Part shown: positions 57,770 to 64,000 of the stretch, piece after piece
Layout: each line of letters starts with the position of its first letter
Numbering within the stretch: position 1 is the first letter of the stretch
Assembly (NCBI GenBank): GCA_048939995.1
Contig: JBHLOY010000001.1
Coordinates: 471,265 to 535,264, forward strand
Direction of reading: 5' to 3'
From: Promethearchaeota archaeon
GTDB taxonomy: Archaea; Asgardarchaeota; Lokiarchaeia; Sigyniarchaeales; SOKP01
DNA length: 64,000 nt
The notes under the pieces: model-generated
Told to the model about the DNA's origin: nothing
Databases searched by the model: none
What the model saw: only the letters and a program-made list of their open reading frames with translations
Made by a program: the position numbers and the translations under genes

Positions 57770-60157
57770 ATGCAAAGAGTTTTGATTATTGGTGGAGTTG
57801 CTGGAGGTGCTACAGCAGCCACTCGCCTAAGAAGATTAAGGGAGGATATCGAGATAATTATATTAGAGAGAGGTCAATATGTTTCATTTGCTAATTGTGG
57901 CTTACCTTATTACGTTGGAAACGTGATCAAAGAACGTGAACAACTAGAATTAGTAACTCCTAAAGATTTTTTTGATAGATTCAATATTGACGTTAGAATC
58001 AATCATGAAGCATTATTAATCAACAGAAATGAAAAAACTGTTATTATTAAAAACCTTAAAATTGGTACAGAATATAGTCTAAATTATGATTTTTTAATAC
58101 TCTCTCCTGGTGCGTCTCCTATAATCCCACCATTCAAAGGACTCCAAGAAGTGCCAGCTTTTACCCTTAGAACTATTCCGGACTCGGTAGAAATAAAGAG
58201 ATTCGCTGATCAAGAAAATGTGAAACATGTAACTATTATTGGAGGAGGATATATAGGATTAGAAATAGCAGAAAACTTGAAGAAAAGGGGAATCAATGTA
58301 AAGATTGTTGAAATGCTTGATCAAGTTTTAGCTCCATTGGACAAGGAAATGGCTCAATTTGTGCATCAGGAATTAATATTAAATGGAGTATGTCTTCAAT
58401 TGGGAGATGCTGTTGATTCATTTCAATGTGATGTGAATAATTGTTACTACGTGATTCCTAAGAGTGGAAAAAAAGTCAAAACTGATATGATCATTCTGTC
58501 AATTGGAGTAAAACCAGAAAACAAACTCGCAGAAGAGGCTGGTTTAGAAATTGGTCCTAAAGGACATATCATTGTAGATGACCACATGCGTAGCTCTGAT
58601 CCTTTTATTTATGCGGTAGGTGATGCTGTTCAAGTGAAACAATATCAAACACAAGCGCCTTTAACAGTCGCATTAGCAGGGCCTGCCAATAAACAAGGAA
58701 GAATTGTAGCAGATAATATTGCTAGTCGTGATTCTGTATATAAAGGTGCTTTGGGAGCCTCTGTACTAAAAGTTTTTGATTTAATAGTATCTTTTGTTGG
58801 TTTAACTGAAAAACAATTAAGTAATACGGATATTCAATTTGAAAAAGTATATATACATCCAAATAATCATGCTGGATATTATCCCGGAGCAATACCTATT
58901 ACTTTGAAGCTACTCTTTGAAATTCCGAGCGGTAGAATTTTAGGAGCTCAAGCAGTCGGAGGGTTAGGTACAGAAAAACGCATTGATATAATCTCAACAG
59001 TTATAAAATATGGTGGTAATGTATTTGATTTAGAAGAATTAGAACTAACATATGCACCTCCATATGGTTCCGCGAAAGATCCAATCAATATGGCTGGATT
59101 CGTTGCAGCAAATGTTATAAGAGGGGATCATCCAATATGGCATTGGAATGACTTACCACATATACTAGAAAATAATAGTTTTATTCTTGATGTGAGGACT
59201 CCTGAAGAATTTGCTGTCGGAAGCATTCAAAATGCATTTAACATTAATGATCTAGAATTAAGGAATAGGTTAAAAGAGATTCCAAAGAATAAAGATATTT
59301 ATGTTTTCTGCGAAGTCGGATATAGAGGATACTCTGCATCAAGATTTTTATTGCAAAAAGGCTTCAATGTTTACAATCTTACTGGAGGATATAAACTTTA
59401 TAAGGCTGCTAGTGCAACCACCCAAGAACTTGCTGAAGCTTGTGGACCTCCAGAAGAAGTTATAGAAGAAATGGTAAATCAAAAAATTATTGAGACTGAT
59501 GATTTTTTTGAGCTAGATGCTTGTGGTTTATCATGTCCAGGCCCTTTGAATGCGTTGATAAAAGGATTAGAAAAATTACCTGAAAGTAAAAAGCTTAAGA
59601 TTTACACTACAGACCCAGGGTTTAAGTCTAGCATAGAAGCCTATGTTAAACTTAATGGAGGAGTAAAATTGTTAAAGCTGGGCAAGGAAGAAGGTAAACT
59701 AGTTGCTGTTATAGAAAAAGTAAAATTGACAAAAGACGAAATTAAAGCACCTATTGAAGTTCAAAAAAAGTCGAGAGCAGAATTAAGAGGACCAAATGCT
59801 TCACCATTGTCAGAGATTACTGCTGATGAACTATATGAACGTCTTGATACAGATAATTGCCCTGCAGTAGTTATAGATGTTCGAACGCCACAAGAATACA
59901 ATGGATTGAAAGGACATATCAAAGATACTAAATTAATACCTTTAGGAGAATTAATAGACAACTTGCATACACTAGAGGATTATAAAAATAGAGAAATAGT
60001 TGTATTATGTGAAGCTGGAGGGCGTTCAATGATGGCAGCTCAATTATTGGTAAGAGCTGGATTCAAAGATGTGCGAAATTTAATAGGAGGTATGGCAGTG
60101 TGGCATAGAAAAGGTTACCCCGTCGAAAATAATAAAAAATTTACTAATTATTTTTAA
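57770..60157 (+). CDS. CoA-disulfide/persulfide reductase fused to rhodanese, TusA and a second rhodanese
   Basis: GGVAGG, SFANCG, YAPPY, FCEVGYRG, GLSCPGP and LCEAGGRS motifs. Confidence 0.9.
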   Translation: MQRVLIIGGVAGGATAATRLRRLREDIEIIILERGQYVSFANCGLPYYVGNVIKEREQLELVTPKDFFDRFNIDVRINHEALLINRNEKTVIIKNLKIGTEYSLNYDFLILSPGASPIIPPFKGLQEVPAFTLRTIPDSVEIKRFADQENVKHVTIIGGGYIGLEIAENLKKRGINVKIVEMLDQVLAPLDKEMAQFVHQELILNGVCLQLGDAVDSFQCDVNNCYYVIPKSGKKVKTDMIILSIGVKPENKLAEEAGLEIGPKGHIIVDDHMRSSDPFIYAVGDAVQVKQYQTQAPLTVALAGPANKQGRIVADNIASRDSVYKGALGASVLKVFDLIVSFVGLTEKQLSNTDIQFEKVYIHPNNHAGYYPGAIPITLKLLFEIPSGRILGAQAVGGLGTEKRIDIISTVIKYGGNVFDLEELELTYAPPYGSAKDPINMAGFVAANVIRGDHPIWHWNDLPHILENNSFILDVRTPEEFAVGSIQNAFNINDLELRNRLKEIPKNKDIYVFCEVGYRGYSASRFLLQKGFNVYNLTGGYKLYKAASATTQELAEACGPPEEVIEEMVNQKIIETDDFFELDACGLSCPGPLNALIKGLEKLPESKKLKIYTTDPGFKSSIEAYVKLNGGVKLLKLGKEEGKLVAVIEKVKLTKDEIKAPIEVQKKSRAELRGPNASPLSEITADELYERLDTDNCPAVVIDVRTPQEYNGLKGHIKDTKLIPLGELIDNLHTLEDYKNREIVVLCEAGGRSMMAAQLLVRAGFKDVRNLIGGMAVWHRKGYPVENNKKFTNYF

Positions 60158-60743
60158 ATACAATTAAATAATCAGAACCTATTTCTTGAATTGATATCGG
60201 ATTAAAATTTGAGAAGAATTCATAAGTTTCTTCTTCTTTCTCAAACCAATTCATTCTTTCCTCATAAGGATTAATTCCATCATTATCCCCTATAATTTTA
60301 TCATATACTTTAAACAAGAGATAAATAAGTCTATTATTTACATTAACTATAGCAGATTTTGATTCCAAAACAATCACAATTTTTGCTTTTTCTTTTGCCC
60401 TTGTTAATAGCTCTATATGATTTGGCATTACATGGTGAAGTAAATCTGACATCACAATTACATCTACAGCAGGATAATCTTCAAAATCAAAAACACTTTT
60501 ACATCGAGTATTAATAGTTTTAGTGCTGCCTACAAACTTTTCATTTAAATCCCATCCTTCATATTGGCAAGATTTATCTAAAAATCTATATAATTGCCCA
60601 GTACCACATCCTAAGTCTAAAACTTTCTTATTTTTACCAATAATTCTGGCGATTAGCTTAAATCTCAAAAAATAATTTCTTCCATGAATTATTCTAAGAA
60701 AAAAATTGTAAACTCGTGGAGAAAGATACATAATAGACTTCAT
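60144..60743 (-). CDS. class I SAM-dependent methyltransferase
   Basis: VLDLGCGTG and LLHHV motifs. Confidence 0.85.
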   Translation of the reverse strand: MKSIMYLSPRVYNFFLRIIHGRNYFLRFKLIARIIGKNKKVLDLGCGTGQLYRFLDKSCQYEGWDLNEKFVGSTKTINTRCKSVFDFEDYPAVDVIVMSDLLHHVMPNHIELLTRAKEKAKIVIVLESKSAIVNVNNRLIYLLFKVYDKIIGDNDGINPYEERMNWFEKEEETYEFFSNFNPISIQEIGSDYLIVFKNN

Positions 60744-60934
60744 AATTAATCCTTTTGTTAATTAAAACTCTAAAGCTTTAATTGTTATAAATTTTTTAAA
60801 GTTTTTCTAGTTTAGTGTTTCATAGGAATACCTTTAGATTATAAGTAAAAAAGTTAAAATAAACCAAATAATAATAAACTCAACAATAATCATATTTCAA
60901 AAATTCAAAACTACTGAAAAAAGAGGGTAAAATT

Positions 60935-61525
60935 ATGAAAGAAACTGCTAAAAAGCTATATACTGCTTATGTTGGTGAGTCTCAGGCAAGAAATAGATAT
61001 ACCTTTTTCTCTAAAATTGCTAAAAAAGATGGATATGTATTGGTATCAAAAATTTTTGAAGAGACTGCCGATCAAGAAAAAGAACACGGATCTTGGTTCT
61101 ATAAGATGCTCCAAGGATTCAAGAAAGAGGAAGAGTTTGATGAGATGAAAGTATTGCCAGATGCGATGTTCCCTACGACCCATGGAACTACTATTGATAA
61201 TTTAAAATCTGCAATAAAAGGGGAAAATATGGAATGGCAGACACTCTATCCCGATATTGCTGAAACTGCTGAAAAAGAAGGTTATCCTGACATTGCAAAA
61301 AGAGTTCGAGGTATTATACGTGCTGAAAAACATCACGCAGAACGTTATGAAAAACTTCTTAAATTAGTTGGAGATGATGCATTCTTTAAGCGTGGACAAA
61401 AAATAGTATGGGTATGCATGGAATGTGGTTATGAAATAGAAATGGACCACTTACCCAAGGATTTTAAATGCCCATCTTGTGATCATCCGAGAGAGTATTA
61501 TAGGAAGAAATGTGAAGATTTCTAA
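60935..61525 (+). CDS. rbr: rubrerythrin
   Basis: GESQARNRY, QEKEH and AEKHH motifs; CMECG..CPSCDHP. Confidence 0.93.
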   Translation: MKETAKKLYTAYVGESQARNRYTFFSKIAKKDGYVLVSKIFEETADQEKEHGSWFYKMLQGFKKEEEFDEMKVLPDAMFPTTHGTTIDNLKSAIKGENMEWQTLYPDIAETAEKEGYPDIAKRVRGIIRAEKHHAERYEKLLKLVGDDAFFKRGQKIVWVCMECGYEIEMDHLPKDFKCPSCDHPREYYRKKCEDF

Positions 61526-61556
61526 AAATAATTTTTTGATTCAAAATTGAAGTGAA

Positions 61557-61964
61557 TTGTATATGAAAAGGAAAGACATATTTAAATGTAATGTGTGTGG
61601 AAAAGTTATTGAAATTCTTAATCCTGGTGTTCCTGATAATACAGAGACAATTTGTTGTGGAGAACCTATGAAATTAATGGCTCCACAATGGAAAGAATGG
61701 AAAACTGAAAAACATGTGCCAAAGATTACTATTGAAGGAAATAAAGTCACTGTTGATATTGGAATTTCAATGGGTACTCCCCATCCAATGACAGAAGAGC
61801 ATTGGATAATGTGGATTGAAATAATCTGTAAAGATGGATGCTATGAAAGACGGTTTCTAAATCCTGGGGATGAACCTAAAGCTACTTTTACTGTAGCAAA
61901 ACCAGAAGGTCTGATTGCTAGAGAATATTGTAATATTCATGGATTATGGATTTCTGAAAAATAG
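61557..61964 (+). CDS. dfx: desulfoferrodoxin (2Fe superoxide reductase)
   Basis: CNVC..CCG, EKHVP, HPM..EH and CNIHG motifs. Confidence 0.93.
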   Translation: MYMKRKDIFKCNVCGKVIEILNPGVPDNTETICCGEPMKLMAPQWKEWKTEKHVPKITIEGNKVTVDIGISMGTPHPMTEEHWIMWIEIICKDGCYERRFLNPGDEPKATFTVAKPEGLIAREYCNIHGLWISEK

Positions 61965-62081
61965 AACGAAATACTATTTTCTTTTTTTTTAAATTTTACA
62001 ATTTTAGAAGTTATTGATTATTCTAATTTTAAAAATTTTCGTTCTTTATATTTAATAATCTTTTTAATAATAATTGATAAT

Positions 62082-62789
62082 ATGATTAAAGCTGTAATGT
62101 TTGACCTAGATGGAACTCTATTAGGTCAAAAAATTGCGAGTTCTAATGTTTTGAAACAACTTTATTTAGAAAATAAAGATTATTTTAAAGAAATTACACA
62201 AAAAGATTTTTTAGATAGATGGTCGAAAGTAGCAAAGAAGAACGTACAGGAGTTTTTTAAAGGAGAAATTTCTTTTGAAGATAAAGTTATAATGCAAATC
62301 CAAGATTTATTCGATAGTTTTTCATATAAAATGCTGAAAAGCGAAACTAAGGAAATCTTTGATAAATTATTACCTATTTACGAGAACAGTATAATCTTAT
62401 ACGATGATGTTATACCTTGTTTGGAATGGTTAAAAAGGAATAAATATCGTCTTGGTATAATTACTAATGGTCATAGCAAAGATCAGAGGGATAAATTAAT
62501 TAAGTACAATCTTGAAAAATTTTTTTCTCCAATAGTTGTTTCGGGGGATATTGGTTATGCAAAACCTAGTAAGGAAATATTTTTAGAGTGTATTAGGCTT
62601 CTTGATTTACCTCCTCAGAGTATTTTATATATTGGTGACTTAATTGAAATGGATGTACTCGGTGCTAATAATGTAGGAATGAAGGGGATTTGGATAAATA
62701 GACATAATCTAGAAGAAAGCAATTACGATATCATTTCAATTAGAAGTCTTAAAGAATTGAAAACTTTAATTAAAAATGATATCAATTAG
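62082..62789 (+). CDS. HAD-family hydrolase
   Basis: FDLDGTL, TNG, KP and IGD....D motifs. Confidence 0.9.
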   Translation: MIKAVMFDLDGTLLGQKIASSNVLKQLYLENKDYFKEITQKDFLDRWSKVAKKNVQEFFKGEISFEDKVIMQIQDLFDSFSYKMLKSETKEIFDKLLPIYENSIILYDDVIPCLEWLKRNKYRLGIITNGHSKDQRDKLIKYNLEKFFSPIVVSGDIGYAKPSKEIFLECIRLLDLPPQSILYIGDLIEMDVLGANNVGMKGIWINRHNLEESNYDIISIRSLKELKTLIKNDIN

Positions 62790-62872
62790 CAAACTAATTT
62801 TAATAAAGGTTTCCTTTAAATTCAAACCAATTTTTCGTATATATATAAAAATGAATGCTGTAGAGTTTAAGT

Positions 62873-63334
62873 ATGCTTCATGAGAAATTGAATAATGCTG
62901 ATTTATGGAATAAGATTCACAAGTTAAGGGAAATAGTTAAATCAATGGATAATTTTAAAACAAGGACGTGCTGGAGTTGTAATAGAGAATTGAATATCTA
63001 CGATTTCTTGAGCGATAATATCGAACTAACTCTTGATTATCTATTAAAACTATGGCAAATGGATGTCATTCAATTTCATTGTTGTGATTGCTTCAAAAAA
63101 CTCAAGATACGAGAATTAGAGAAAATCTATTCAGATTTAAATAGCAGATTCTGTTCATTCTGTGAAAAACCATTAAATATCTATGATTATAGTAGATATT
63201 ACAACTATTTGAAGATTGGAGAAATAAAGTCTATTTGGTTGGATCAAAATTCCAAAATATTTTGCGATAAAATATGTTTAAGGAAATATTACAATATCAA
63301 AGGAATCTCTTCAACAATAATTAAAAAAAATTAG
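62873..63334 (+). CDS. tandem Zn-finger protein
   Basis: CWSC..W..CCDC and CSFC..W..CDKIC. Confidence 0.7.
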   Translation: MLHEKLNNADLWNKIHKLREIVKSMDNFKTRTCWSCNRELNIYDFLSDNIELTLDYLLKLWQMDVIQFHCCDCFKKLKIRELEKIYSDLNSRFCSFCEKPLNIYDYSRYYNYLKIGEIKSIWLDQNSKIFCDKICLRKYYNIKGISSTIIKKN

Positions 63335-63349
63335 AAAAAATTAAATCCT

Positions 63350-64000
63350 TTATTCTCTCTTTTTTCCCAAATAAGGCATAGCATGCTCATACTTTTTCAT
63401 TGCAAATCTTGAAATTACAATTCTTTGAATCTCACTAGTGCCTTCATAAATTTGATAGAGTTTAGCATCCCTGAATAATTTTTCGACTGGATATGTTCTT
63501 AAATATCCATAGCCTCCAAAAATCTGAATCGCTTCTGTAGTTACATTCATAGCCACATCGGAAGCAAAAGCTTTTGCAATTGAAGAGCTTAAGTTATTAT
63601 CCAGTCCTTGATCTGCTTCCCAAGCCGCTTTATAAGTCAATAAGCGGGCAGCTTCTACATCTTTGAACATATTAGCAATCTTTTCTTGAATTACTTGGTA
63701 ATTCGCAATAGGTCGCCCAAAAGCTTCTCTTTTTTGAGCATAATCCATCGAATACTCCATCGCAGAGCGAGCACAACCAACTGCAAATGCTCCGATAGCA
63801 GGTCTTGTATGAGCAAAGGTTTGCATTGCCAATACAAATCCCCTGCCCGGTTTTGCTAGAACATTTTCTTTTGGTATTTTTACATTTTTTAAACCAACGG
63901 ATACGGTATTTGATGATCTTTGACCTAATTTGGGAATATGCTTCCCTAATCTTACACCTTCACTTTTTGTATCTACAATAAAAGCACATATTCCTTTATG
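63350..64000 (-). CDS. acyl-CoA dehydrogenase, 5'-truncated by window edge
   Basis: [16 protein letters not shown] and [16 protein letters not shown] motifs. Confidence 0.93.
   Translation of the reverse strand, partial: HKGICAFIVDTKSEGVRLGKHIPKLGQRSSNTVSVGLKNVKIPKENVLAKPGRGFVLAMQTFAHTRPAIGAFAVGCARSAMEYSMDYAQKREAFGRPIANYQVIQEKIANMFKDVEAARLLTYKAAWEADQGLDNNLSSSIAKAFASDVAMNVTTEAIQIFGGYGYLRTYPVEKLFRDAKLYQIYEGTSEIQRIVISRFAMKKYEHAMPYLGKKRE

Noticed and set aside
1-64000. Selenoprotein (in-frame TGA plus SECIS)
   Set aside because: The redox proteins inspected (OsmC, TusA, DsrE, reductase, CdhE) have Cys and look complete; no convincing readthrough was seen
1-64000. CRISPR array, transposase, integrase or provirus
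   Set aside because: No regularly spaced repeats or mobile-element genes recognised

Overview
Very AT-rich, gene-dense archaeal chromosome segment. Its gene content points to an Asgard archaeon, most likely Lokiarchaeia/Promethearchaeota (inference from eS26, roadblock proteins, CdhE and small Zn-finger/TPR proteins). It carries a rearranged translation cluster (nep1, rpp21, yhbY, rps19e, PDCD5, rpl39e, rpl31e, eIF6, rpl18a/LX, pfdA, ftsY, secE), archaeosine genes (arcS, raSEA), gar1-tfb, a Co/Ni ECF transporter, ahcY, cdhE, RNase Z, and a sulfur-relay/Fe-S/oxidative-stress cluster. Best finding: dnaG is split by a 34-nt insert (15953-15986) inside the conserved GAIFGQ|TEGLL motif. The insert folds with its exon flanks into a bulge-helix-bulge/loop whose standard cut sites restore the frame exactly, so it is a candidate endonuclease-spliced mRNA intron. 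The two tRNA genes here carry three introns of similar size (29-34 nt) at non-canonical positions. Other highlights: an Lrp/AsnC doublet with an embedded half-TBP domain; an IscS with Asp in place of the PLP lysine, next to an IscU fused to a degenerate TrxB domain; an ERG2/sigma-1 receptor-like protein; several genes that need ATT/ATA/ATC starts; and two candidate structured ncRNAs. All family assignments come from motif recognition by eye and all RNA folds were done by hand; no searches were run.
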